Below are positions 37,348 to 49,337 of a stretch of DNA of 64,000 nucleotides, one piece after another. Origin of the DNA: Heterodontus francisci (taxonomy: Eukaryota); contig NC_090374.1 in assembly GCF_036365525.1 (NCBI RefSeq), forward strand, positions 14,921,168-14,985,167. Direction: 5' to 3'. Every line of letters begins with the position of its first letter. Position 1 is the first letter of the stretch. The notes under the pieces were generated by a model that was not told where the DNA came from, ran no database searches, and saw only the letters and a list, made by a program, of their open reading frames with translations. The position numbers and the translations under genes are program-made.

Positions 37348-37539
37348 TCCATCGCAGGAGGCTGAGAAACTGAATGTTCAAACCGCAATATAAACCTGTT
37401 CCACTCGCCCTGCACTGAATCTCATCCAGCAATTTAAACTGGACTTGCTTTGGTCATCATTCACTGTGTGATCCTGGGTACTGAGTACAAAATTCTTCCT
37501 GTTAATCAGCTATTCAGCAAGGTTCTGCATCACACTGTG

Positions 37540-37705
37540 ATGATCATTTAGACTTAGTGGGACAGTGTAACATGGGTGATAGCGAATCAACAGCCCGATT
37601 TAAATCCCTGACATTGGCTGGAATGGAAATAAAAATGGGGAGAGATATAAAACAGGCTGCTGATTGGCCGTTTTACACTATCACACAAAGTCCAGATGAC
37701 CCCGT
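37540..37705. mobile_element. Small MITE in the receptor 3'UTR
   Basis: Imperfect TIRs gatcatttagacttagtgggacagtgtaa / ttacactatcacacaaagtccagatgacc. Absent from the paralogous UTR at about 42435. Confidence 0.55.
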
Positions 37706-38129
37706 TACTCTGAATGGAATCTGAATGTGAACATTCTCAATATCAGTCTGTCTAAATGGCCAGGCTTTATTTATGGTGTAAACAGTGGGAGAGCTCATGG
37801 GGCAGAGGTGACTGTGAGTAGGACAGGTTTGAAACCCCAATTATTCCAGCTGCTTTGCTCAGGGAACTGGCTGCTGTTTCTAGCTCTTCGGCTGTGATGG
37901 GAGATTCTGCTGGAGGTCAGTCAGCTTTCAATAACTGATCTCAGAGTGAATCTGTGCTTTTACTGTCAGTCGATCAAAGTTACATGATGGAGCTGCAATG
38001 ATTGTGAACACTGTACACAATCCTGGTAGCTCCATCATGTAACTTTCATGTGCTCTTGTGAAGTTCCTTTGGGACAATTCGCTACATTAAAGGTGTTATA
38101 TAAATGCCAGTTATCGTTGTTGCTTCTAC

Positions 38130-39265
38130 GAGGTGCTCTTAGTGGCTGGGAGCTTGGGCGGAGGAAGTCTGCTGAGCTTCAATTCAGACGGACACTGCGG
38201 ATGGCACTCTGGGCCTCGAGGGCTGGGCTGGAGATTGCACCATTCGGCCTGGGCTGCAGCATTCTGGGCAGCAAGGGCACTGGCAGAGTGTTTGGGTTGG
38301 ATGCAGGAATGCTGTCATCATGACAGGGAACAGCAGGCTCCTCTTCTATGGAGCCACTGCCGGTCTCCCAGTGCCTCAGGAACCCTCACCATCTGCTGGA
38401 GAACTGTTGCTGAACTGCTGCATTGATCTGGAATCCCATTTCAACAGTGGCACCCAGAGGTATATAATGGCAGCAGACTGAGACTCCAAGGCAGCAGTCT
38501 GTGCTGTGTTGGAAGCTCAGATTGTTAATCACACGCTCCAACAGGTTGGGTTCCGCCTGGAATGAATGAGCTCCAAAATCTGTGCAAAGCCCTGTGCCAA
38601 GGTTGGGGACTGACTCCTCCACGCTCCTTGATATTGTGCCCAGGCTTTTGGGCAGGATTTCCAGTTTACCGAGTACTTTGTTGAGCACGCCCATCAGCCT
38701 TCATCTGTAGCCTGGCTCATCCAAACTCCTCACCTGAGTTGTGTGCAGCAGAACTGTCTGCAACCTTCCCTCCGGCGAGCTGGCACATATGGGATCCTCC
38801 AACTCCACAGCTCCTTGTGCCCGTGTTCCCTCATCTATACTAGCGTCTGAAGTCCACAGAGAGTCAGTCTCTGAGCTGCGAGAGTGAAATCAAGCAACAG
38901 TACTTCATCATCATCCATCTCTTCTTCCTCCACTGGCTGAACAGATTCTTCTTTGTGGGAGCTGAAATGAAAAGGCGAAAGGGTTAAGGTTGTGATTTGG
39001 TGAGAGGAGTGAGAGTGCGCTGACACCAGCTGCAATGTTTCATTCAGTCTGAGTGGGATGGGGAAGAAGTGAGGACCGAGAAGGAAGATTAGGTTTACAG
39101 AAACCCTGATCATTGATCTCTCCAGCTTCACCAATCACCACAGCTTTAGTGATGCCCCTTCCCATTCCCAGTATTGCAAGAATTGTCTGTTCCAGTTTCC
39201 TGGTGCTGCCTCCTGTTATCCCGCACCTTCTCCCACAAGGAAGAGAAAGTTCGTTAATGAGTGTT
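38130..39265 (-). mobile_element. Degenerate PIF/Harbinger-type transposon Myb/SANT-protein gene remnant
   Basis: Minus frames EKVRDNRRQHQETG / EQTILAILG, an intron-like acceptor tttcatttcag before an acidic segment, and a coiled-coil SLGTISRSVEES. Resemblance is from memory only. Confidence 0.45.
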
Positions 39266-39269
39266 CAGC

Positions 39270-40655
39270 NNNNNNNNNNNNNNNNNNNNNNNNNNNNNNN
39301 NNNNNNNNNNNNNNNNNNNNNNNNNNNNNNNNNNNNNNNNNNNNNNNNNNNNNNNNNNNNNNNNNNNNNNNNNNNNNNNNNNNNNNNNNNNNNNNNNNNN
39401 NNNNNNNNNNNNNNNNNNNNNNNNNNNNNNNNNNNNNNNNNNNNNNNNNNNNNNNNNNNNNNNNNNNNNNNNNNNNNNNNNNNNNTATCTGTATGTGTGG
39501 TGTGTGTGTGTCTCTGTTTGTATATCTGTATGTGTGGTGTGTGTGTATCTGTGTTGTGTGTGTGTCTGTGTGTGTGTATTTGTTTGTATATCTGTGTGTG
39601 TAGATTGTGTGTCTGTGTGTGTGTGTATCTGTGTGTATCTGTGTCTGTATATCTGTGTGTGTGGTGTGTGTGTCTGTGTGTGTGTATCTGTTTGTATATC
39701 TGTGTGTAGATTGTGTGTCTGTGTGTAGATTGTGTGTCTGTGTGTGTTTGTGTGTGTGTGTGTGTATCTGTGTTGTGTGTATCTGTCTGTGTGGTGTGTT
39801 TGTATATGTGTGTGTGTGGTGTGTGTGTGGTGTGTGTGTATCTGTTTGTATATCTGTGTGTGTGGTGTGTGTGTATCTGTTTGTATATCTGTGTGTGGTG
39901 TGTGTATCTGTGCGTGTTTGTGTGTGTGTNNNNNNNNNNNNNNNNNNNNNNNNNNNNNNNNNNNNNNNNNNNNNNNNNNNNNNNNNNNNNNNNNNNNNNN
40001 NNNNNNNNNNNNNNNNNNNNNNNNNNNNNNNNNNNNNNNNNNNNNNNNNNNNNNNNNNNNNTGTATCTCTGTGTGTGTCTGTGTATGTATGTGTGTGTAT
40101 CTGTTTGTATATCTGTATGTGTGGTGTGTGTGTTTCNNNNNNNNNNNNNNNNNNNNNNNNNNNNNNNNNNNNNNNNNNNNNNNNNNNNNNNNNNNNNNNN
40201 NNNNNNNNNNNNNNNNNNNNNNNNNNNNNNNNNNNNNNNNNNNNNNNNNNNNNNNNNNNNNNNNNNNNNNNNNNNNNNNNNNNNNNNNNNNNNNNNNNNN
40301 NNNNNNNNNNNNNNNNNNNNNNNNNNNNNNNNNNNNNNNNNNNNNNNNNNNNNNNNNNNNNNNNNNNNNNNNNNNNNNNNNNNNNNNNNNNNNNNNNNNN
40401 NNNNNNNNNNNNNNNNNNNCTGTGTGTGGTGTGTGTATCTGTGCGTGTTTGTGTGTATCTGTTTGTATATCTGTGTGTGTGGTGTGTGTGTGTATCTGTG
40501 TATGTGTGTATCTGTGTGTGTGTATCTGTTTGTATATCTGTGTGTGTGTGTGTATCTGTTTGTGCGTCTGTGTGGGTGCGTATCTCTGTGTGTGTCTGTG
40601 TATGTATGTGTGTGTATCTGTTTGTATATCTGTGTATGCGTCTGTGTGTGGTGTG
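39270..40655. repeat. (TG)n-rich complex microsatellite with assembly gaps
   Basis: gtgtgtatctgtttgtatatctgtgtgt-type motifs interrupted by N runs. Confidence 0.95.
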
Positions 40656-40967
40656 AGTTATGGGTGTAACCTTTTCTACAATGCTGAGTGTGAGAGTGTG
40701 ATGTCAAGCCTGTTCATTGAAGTGTTCAGTACTGAGTAATAGAAATTGTGGGTAAGTGGGGGATAGGGATGATGTTAATTCAGCCACTGATGTGGCTAGA
40801 AGTGCAGCTGTCATTTGAAGTTTGATCTTAACTCAACAACTCTTGTCAGATAATTGAACTTCATCGACACTGTATCCAGGTACATGGCTCCACATTCCTT
40901 GTGTTTAGCTCCTCTGTAATCTCCTCCCCTTGCTTCCTCAGCATGTGCTATGAAGTTTCCCTTCTCC

Positions 40968-41320
40968 TCAGGGATAGAGGATGCCCCATTCCTTCTCCTG
41001 AGGATATCCCTCCTCCACCTCCAGACCACCCATTTCTCCTCAGGGATGGAGAATGTCCCTCCTCCACCTCCACCTCCAGCCCACCCACTTCCTCTCAGGG
41101 ATAGAGGATGTCCTTCCTCCACCTCCAGACCACCCACTTCCTCTCAGGGATAGAGGATGTCCCTCCTCCACCTCCAGACCACCCACTTCCTCTCAGGGAT
41201 AGAGGATGTCCCTCCTCCACCTCCAGACCACCCACTTCCTCTCAGGGATAGAGGATGTCCCTCCGCCACCTCCAGACCACCCACTTCCTCTCAGGGATAG
41301 AGGATGTCCCTCCTCCTCTC
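40968..41320. repeat. 49-bp tandem repeat, about 7 copies
   Basis: cagggatagaggatgtccctcctccacctccagaccacccacttcctct at 41096, 41145, 41194, 41243 and 41292. Confidence 0.95.
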
Positions 41321-41974
41321 CATTTCCGACACCAAGGCCTCCAGTGCAGCATCAGGGAAACTTTATGTCCGCACTCTCCCAGGCTCAGACATTTGTGATA
41401 GGTTTCATTCCACTTCCTCACACCACATCCAGAAGACCAATCCACCTCCTCTTTAAGAGGTACTGACTATCTTTAAATGGTGTGGGTTACTGGTATAGTA
41501 ATTGAATATTGAATTGTGTTCAGGTGATGGGCATTAACTGGGGATTCACTTGTCTTTACATAGGAGCAGACTGAAACTGTGGTAATGGGGATCAGGAGGT
41601 GCATGCTTGTAAAACGTATCTTGGTAAATAAAAGCTTACAAGTGCGTAAGGTTTGGGCTCCAGTTCTATCCTTCAGGACCCAGCTTTCTGGAACACAAGA
41701 ATGTGTATTTGTGCAGCACAATCTACGGATGTGGGTTATTTGTCGAACGCCATCCCAACACTCCTCCTCCTCCCCGCTAATCAATTTATCCCCCATAGAG
41801 GTTGATGGACATTCTGACAATACTGGAAGCTGATGCAGCATCTGTCCTTCTCACTTGATGCTGTGGTTTGTCCCTCTTTTTTCCAACAGTTATATAAATA
41901 TCCCTAGTCTGTTAGTCAGCAACACTTTGCTCTCTTTTTCAAATCAACATGAAGAGACTTCCAGTTAGCTAGTA

Positions 41975-42062
41975 AATTCAGGAAGATTTATAAACTGATT
42001 GTGGGCAGGTTTCGCAGGAGGTGAAGGAACGCTTTGAGCAACTTCTGTATTTCAGTTTCATG
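41975..42062 (+). promoter_or_regulatory. Putative immune-gene promoter: ETS GGAA, TATA-like TTTATAAA, ISRE-like TTTCAGTTTC
   Basis: caggaag at about 41979, tttataaa at 41987-41994 and tttcagtttc at 42050-42059, upstream of a Kozak ATG. Confidence 0.45.
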
Positions 42063-42654
42063 AGACAAGAAGCAGAGTGAGAAGGACGAAATACTGAAGA
42101 GTTGGCGATGGGTTCTCTCTACGTTTGGCTTTCCGCTGTCTTATTGTCGGTCACGGTACGGAGTTACAGAAGGTGCTTTCGAATAATAACTGTTCAAATT
42201 CATTTTGTTGTTAAAGTCATTGAATGGTTACAGCACAGAAGGAGGCAGTTCAGCCCACCGTGTCTGTGCTGGCTCGCTGCATGAGCAACTCAGCTAGTCC
42301 CACTCCCTTGTCCTGTTCCCATAGCTTTGTAAATATTTTCTCTTCGGGTGTTTAGCATTCACTGTGTGATCCTGATCCAGAGTACAAAGTTCTTCATGTT
42401 AAACAACTCTTCAGCTCGTCTCTGATCACACACTCATTTCAAATGGAATCTGAAAATGATCTTTCCCAACCTAAGTCTGTATAAATGCAGGTGGTTATAA
42501 ATTCTGGTGCAGCCATTTCGGGAAAGCGGGGGCCTCAAGCTACTGCCCTGTGTTAATGCTGAGTCCTGAGACTCTCCCAATATTCAGCCTTAAGGTTCTC
42601 TATAATGGAGCAGGTGAGGTACAAACAGCAGCTGTGCTGAGGAACCTGAGGGTG

Positions 42655-42760
42655 TGACCGCGGCCCACGTATCCAGTAGTGACCTCAGTCCATGTATCCA
42701 ATGGTGACCACAGCCATGTATCCAATAGTGACCACAGCCCACGTATCCAATAGTGACCCA
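42655..42760. repeat. About 25-bp tandem repeat, 4 copies
   Basis: gtgacc(a/g/t)c(a/g)g(c)cca(c/t)gtatcca(a/g)t(a/g). Confidence 0.85.
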
Positions 42761-42790
42761 GTAATAATCTCTGGTTGGACCTATTCCTGC

Positions 42791-43643
42791 TGTTACAACC
42801 TCAAGCTCAAGACAAAGCCCCCAATCAAAATATATGATTCTGATTGCAGTGGGAGAAACATACTTCCGTCCCTCTACAGATCGCCTAACATATCACTTTA
42901 AACTTTCCAAATTAAATAAAACCAGAGCCAAACTGACCATCTATTAACTGCCGAATGAGGCTAACAAAACCAGGTGTCTTTAGATCAACAAATTAACTGT
43001 TTAATTAGAAAAAATAAATTCTTAAAACACTAAGATATAAACAACATTTAAAATAGAAAAAAGTATTCTCCTTGCAGATTTACCCTCCTGCCAAAGTGGA
43101 ATCTTCCAATGTGGAACTGACCGAGGTTGATTGAAGTCCTCACAGTCGTCCAATGGGGATAGAAAAAATGTCCAACATCCAAAACATCAACTCATCTTTC
43201 ATCCGGTGATGGCCTCAGCCAATCAACAACTCGCAAGCACTTCAATTAATCAATTTATTTTAGAATTTTGAGGGGTGAAAAAGTGATCAGCCTAAAATTC
43301 ACCTTCCTTCAGTTTAAATTACCAGAGATCTCTGTTCCAATCATGCTGGTCCAGCTGTCTGTCTTAGAACAGTCTATTTCAAAATAAAAAGCCAGTTCAA
43401 ACAGTTAATCACAACAATGTATATTTAGCCTCAGTTTCTGAGTGGCTGTATCTGGGGCAACCATGATGCACATTTGAAGCTAGCTGTTCCACTCTGTAGG
43501 GTTGTATCCAACGGCAACTAAAATGCATCTTTTGACTCACAGTCCCCGGAACCCGTTGCCTTAAAGTTGGCCTGATCCTTTTACAGCCTTAAAGGCACAC
43601 CGCAAACTTCCCAGAAAAGAAAACAAACTACAGGATCATAACA
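42791..43643 (-). mobile_element. Solo LTR
   Basis: TGTTACA...CATAACA termini, 4-bp flanks ctgc/ctgg. Confidence 0.75.
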
Positions 43644-43972
43644 CTGGCGATTTGTGACATTTGGCCAGTTGCGCATCCACTTTAGTCAAGTGTTGTTGGT
43701 TAGGAAAGGCCAAGTAAAATATTTCAATATTTCAGTTTTTGTTTTGTAGAATGCAACAATTTTAGGGCCAAGAATTAAAGCAGAATTTATAAATCAAACG
43801 CTAACTGGGTAACCCAATTCCTGAGAGTTTTCTTTGGGGGGGGGGAGGTGTTACTGCTCAACCTTTTCTCTCTACCAGAGGTACCAGAGGGAACCAACCC
43901 ATGTTCAATCCTTTTCTCGCTCACATTCTTGACATTTAACTCACATTCCTGGTGTTTTCCCCTTACATTCCT

Positions 43973-44618
43973 GGGCTGTAATTTTAGGTCACCCCCACCA
44001 TCGAGCAGGGTGGTGGCAGGGCCGCTCCTGACACCTTCCCGCCCCCCTGCAATTTTATGTGGGGTGGTGGTGAGAAACAGCCCACCCATCCAGGCCAATT
44101 AACTGCCACTTAAGGGCCTCCTCCCACCGCCACTATTATTTTACAGCAAAGGCCCCAAGCACACTGCCAGCCAAACGCTGGCTGCGTTATTATGGGCTGG
44201 AAAGGGAGTTCTCCTGATTGGGCACCTTGTGCCCCACAGAGGGCCCCCCCCACGACCCAACTCCACAACACTTCCCCCTCACCGCCCCCTACCCAACTGC
44301 CTCGTCGGGGCCTGGCTGATTGTCCCTGGTGAGTCCCCAAAAACTGACTTTAATTCCGGGCACAGACTTCCTCGTGCTTCCGCTGGCTGGGTGTAGTCTC
44401 AGCTGTGGCCACCACTCCCAGTGACGCTGCTGGGACTACAGCCGATTGGCTGGCAGCTCCATTAGGCGGGACTTCCTGCCTAAAGCAGGTCGAAGTCCTG
44501 CCCGGGGCCAATTAAGGGCTTGGGAAGTGAAAAGTCCTGGCTTTGCTCCCCCCGGGCAGCCACCCCCAACTTTTCGGCCGGTGGGTGGGGCCTCCCGTCA
44601 AACATAAAATTCCGGCCT
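43973..44618. mobile_element. GC-rich MITE (PIF/Harbinger-type TIRs)
   Basis: TIRs gggctgtaatttta / taaaattccggcc, related to the element at 3191-3604. Confidence 0.65.
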
Positions 44619-44839
44619 TGATGTTTTTCCTTCGCGTTACTAGCGTTTACGGGTGTGACGGGAGATTCTGCTGGAGGTCAGTCAGCTTTCAATAACTGAT
44701 CTCAGAGTGAATCTGTGCTTTTACTGTCAGTCTATCAAAGTTACATGATGGAGCTGCAATGATCGTGAACAGTGCAATAAATAATTCTTTGTGCATGTAC
44801 ATTGATTCCTCTTTAGCATGGACTTACATGACATTTCAT

Positions 44840-47800
44840 AAAATCATACAACACAAAAGGCAGCCATTTGGCCCATCATGCCTATGCTAACTCTTTGAGC
44901 TACCCAATCAGTCCCACTCTCCCCATAACCTTGAAAAATTTCCCTTTCAATTATCTATCCAATTCCCTCCTGAACGTTACTACTTAATCTGTTTCCCTTT
45001 CAGGCAGCACATTCCAGATCACAACAACTCCCTGTATAATAGCATTTCTGCTCTCCCTCTGGCCCTTTTGCCAATCAGCTTAAATCTATGTCCGTTGCTT
45101 AGTGACCCCTCCCCTCCCCCACCCAATGGAAAGTTTCTCCCTATTCACTCCATCAAAACTCCATGAACACTTTTACTAAATCTCCCTTAATCTTCTCTTC
45201 TCCAAGGAGAGTGCCATTTCTCCTCTTTACATAACTGAAGTCTCTCAACCACACTACCATTCTAATAAAACTCACTACCCTCGCCAAGGCCCTGATTTCC
45301 TCGCTAAACACAAACCTCCAGCTGAGGCCTAACCAGTGTTTTATAAAGATTTAGCATTTGAGATGACAAAAAGTGAGAGTATGTGATAACGATCTGGGGT
45401 GAGTTCATTACTAGACACGTGCAATTTTTTCCAATTAAATATTGAGAAGACTGAAACCATAGTTTTCAGTCCCTGTTCCGTACTCCTTTCCTTTTATTTG
45501 TCTGAGATTAAGCCAGTCTGTTCCGAACCTTGGTGTCCTACTTGATCCAGAGATGAGCTTCTGACCTCATATTCATCACTAACATGACCTTGGTAACATC
45601 GCCCAACTCAGCTCATCTGCTGCTGAAACCCTTGTTCATGGTTTTATTAGCTCTAGATTTGACTATTCCAACACACACCTGGCAGGTCTCCCACATTCAA
45701 CTCTCCGTAAACTTGAGGTCATCCAAAACTCTGCTGCCTGGGTCTTAACACACACTAAGTCCTGTTCTCCTATCATCCCATGTGCTCACTGACCCACATT
45801 GGCTCCTGGTTAAGTAACAACTTGATTTTAAAATTCTTGTTCTTGTTTTCAAATACCTCCATGGTCTCACCCCTATCTCTATATTCTCCTCTCGCCTCAC
45901 AACCCTCCAAGATATCTGTGCTTCTCTAATTCTGGCCTCTTGAGCATCCCAATTGTAATCACATGGCTGTACCTTCAGCTGCCTCGGCCCTAAGCTCCAG
46001 AACCCTCCCGACACTTCTCTGCCTGTTCACCTTGCTTTCTTTCTTTAAGACACTCCTTAAAACCTACCTCTTTGACTAAGCTTTTGGTAACGTGAAAGAA
46101 TGTGAGTGGAAAACACTGGGAAAAGGTTGAGCAGCAGCATATCCTAATTAGAGTTTTTTTGCTCAATAGAAAAAAAGTTACATTTTGAAAGGGAACAAAA
46201 CCTCTATTAGGGAAATAGATAGGTGTGGGAGCAATAGATTTATGGTGAATGGGGAAGGCAAATGGGAGAGACAGGAAATTGGAGGATTAAGAGTTTGTGT
46301 AAGTGACAGTGTATTAAGATGAATATTAAGCTTAGAATCATAAAGCACACCCATTGTGTATTGGCTCTTTGAAAGAGCTATCCGATTAATCCCACAGCCC
46401 CCGTTCTCCCTCACAACCCTGCAAATTCTTCCCCTTCAAATATTTATCCAATTTCCTTTACTATCAAATGTGCTTCCACCACTCTTTTAGGCAGCGCATT
46501 CCAGATCACAACTCACTGCATTAAAAAATTTCATCTTGTTTATATCTAATGAAATTAAGGAACAGCAACGTTTGTGTTGTGACATATTAAAAATGGTATT
46601 TGTACTATACAGAATAATCAGTTGCATAACTTAAGTTTTAGTTTTTAATTTAATTAAAAATCACAGCCAAGGGTTAAGTAGTAAATGGGTGAAATCCTCG
46701 CAGTAGAGTTTGCAGCTGACTGAAGTCTGGTGTTTAAACCCATTTTCTTATTCGTGATTTCTCAAGGCCTGTTGTTGAGGGAAGTTGCTGTCAGAGTGTA
46801 GGTTGGCTGCCCCTTGTGGATACCTGTGGTTATCAGCAATGCTGATTGCAGCCGATGCTTTTCTACTGGCGGTTCCTCATTTCTGAGTCGTTGGTGTTTA
46901 TCTCTACCCATCATACTGTAGGTCTGTCATGCGGATTAGAGGGAATGGCAGTCAAAAGTTGAACTTGCCAAGTTGTTCCTTGGACAGGTCACTGACTTGT
47001 TCTGTCTCAGTTAAGTTAGTGTCACAGCTCAATGCTTCCCCCATGTTCCTCTCAAAGAAACAGTGCGATTTTTCAAATGCCCACCTCTGTCCCAGTGGAA
47101 GCAATTCAAGAGAAAACTCCTTTACCTGGAGAGCAGTTGGAATGTGGAACTCAGTACCATGGGAGTGAAACTGGATAAACACATGAGGGAGAAAGGAATA
47201 GAAGGATATGCTGATAGGGTAAGGGGCAGAAAGCTTAGAGGAGATTTGAGGAAAAAGTTTTTCACCCAGAGGGTGATTGGAATCTGGAACGCACTGCCTG
47301 AAGGGGTGGTAGAGGCAGGAACCATCACAACATTTAAGAAGAATTTAGATGAGCACTTGAAATGCCATAGCATACAAGGCTACAGGCCAAGTGCTGGAAA
47401 ATAGGATTAGAATAGTTAGGTGCTTGATGGCCAGCACAGACAGGATGGGCCGAAGGGTCTGTTTCTGTGCTGTATAATTCTATGACTATGAAGATGGGTG
47501 GGAGGAGGCTCATGTGGAGCATAAACACCAGCATACATCAGTTAGGCCGAATGTTTCTGTGCTGTGAATTTTATGTAATCGTACACATGGCCTATTTCAA
47601 AATTATACAGGGTCCCCCATCCCCATGGCAACATTGAGGCCCCAGCCTTACTCAAAATTTAACGAGCTACTGATACCATCCGCTGGATTGAAGCCTGAAG
47701 ACTGGACAGGGGTGGCTGTCAGCAAAGTGAGGGTGAGGGGTCCGAGGATTGAAGCAACTCCCATTCTTTTCATTTTTCACTGCTGCTGCATTTACCTTTG

Positions 47801-48500
47801 GTGGGGTCTCTTTGACTTTGTCTGTGTTTTTGATTGAAGTCCGCATGGCACAGGCTCGAACTGGCTCATAGACCCTGATCTCCATATTAAAAGTGACCTG
47901 TCGCCTGAACCAGGTGGGCATTTTGGACACCTGGCAGTCGGCCTCTTTCATCGCCAGCGTTATTTGAGACAGTGAGGCTGCCAATGCTAATTTGAGATCG
48001 TTACTGCCGCATTGACTGACCCCTGTTCTCGCAGGCCTACATTAGCTCCCAAGCTGGCAACACATCAGTGTTAAAATGCTCATCCTTGTTTTCAAAATCC
48101 CTCCACGTCCTCATCCCTCATTTCTGCAATCTCCTCCAGCTCTACAACCCTGCGAGATACCTGCACTCCTCGAGTCCGGGCCTCGTGCCCACCCACAGTT
48201 TTCATCCCCCCCCACCATAGGTTGCTATGCTTTCAGCTGTTGAAGCCCTAAGCTCTTGAATTCCCTCCCAAAACCTCTCTGCCTGTCTCTCCTCATGTAA
48301 GATGCTCCTTCAGATCGATTTCTCTGGCCGTTAAGTCAACCACATAGCGTAGGACTGGAGTCACATGTAGGCCAAATAAGGTAAAGATGGCAAGTTCCCT
48401 TCCTTGAAAGGGCGTTGCTGAACCACTCAGGAACGTTAAGAGCAGGAGGAGGCCATTGTGCCTGCTCTACCAATCAATTAAATCATGGGTGATCTGTATC
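44840..48500. mobile_element. Cluster of old CR1, L2, MITE and SINE fragments
   Basis: CR1 3' ends (44840-45360, 46350-46530, 47100-47580) and L2-type RT C-terminus (SRFDYSN..LAGLP...IQNSAA at 45650-45745, also 48060-48310). Confidence 0.65.
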
Positions 48501-48519
48501 TTAATTCCATTTACCCATC

Positions 48520-49337
48520 TGTCATGCGTACAAGTACTGTGACGCTAAAAAAATAAGAGTTAAAACTGAAGAGTTATCAAAACTCAGTCTTTTAAAAAAT
48601 GGTCCTTTCTTTTAAAAAGTGAACAATGTGCTCCAAAATGGCCACCGAAGGAAAAGGACTTGGCCTTTGTATCTTCAAACTGTCTGACAGGAACAAAAGA
48701 ATACCTTCAAAGCTAGGAAGTGTCAATTGCACCCATCCTACACCCATGCTGAAATATTCCCGAATTGGGATCTTCTGAAACAAAGAAATTGTGAAGTGGT
48801 GCCACCATAACCGAATTAATCTTATCCTGAACCCTTCGAGACACTTTTGAATTGAATGGGATCTAATAAAACAAAAGGTGGTGTGAAGTAGCCACATCCT
48901 GGTCCATTGTCGGGCACTACAGGAAAGAAAATATCTGTCTCCCAGCACAGGCGAGATGTAACAAATTTTTACTTTAAAAGGCCGTTCTAGAGAAGAGAGA
49001 GAGAGAAGAGGAGGCATCAGAAAGAAGCATCCAAGAAGCTTGTTCCCAGAAAAGTGGCTGAGAGGTCTAGCCTGAAGGGACGCGCCCTGCTTAGAATTCT
49101 ACATCGACGCTCTATACAGCAGTGAATTATAAGTGATCCACTGTCTTCAACCGAACTTTCAACCAAGAGAGAAATCTACAAACCCCTCAGACTTCAGAGT
49201 GAATTCAACAGGTTTACCGTGACCTCTGAAACCTACCCCGCTTACAAGTACTTACCCCTTTTCCTCTCAGTCTCGTGTGCGCGCGTGCGAATGAGTAAGT
49301 GAATGCAGTCCCAGTGATTATGGGTTAAGGCATAACA
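48520..49337 (+). mobile_element. Solo LTR in a CR1 tail
   Basis: TGTCAT...CATAACA termini. Flanks catc/aacc are each one change from cacc. CR1 resumes as ctttgctccatatccc. Confidence 0.65.

Larger units (their letters stand above)
42108..44781 (+). pseudogene. Internally deleted paralog of the Siglec-15-like gene: leader exon plus 3'UTR only
   Basis: gcgATGg start encoding MGSLYVWLSAVLLSVT|gtacgg (42108-42155). 3'UTR homology at 42356-42515 and 44654-44771. AATAAA at 44776. Confidence 0.5.

Noticed and set aside
39113-40739. Cys/Val- and His/Thr-rich ORFs
   Set aside because: Translation of a (TG)n microsatellite and N gaps.
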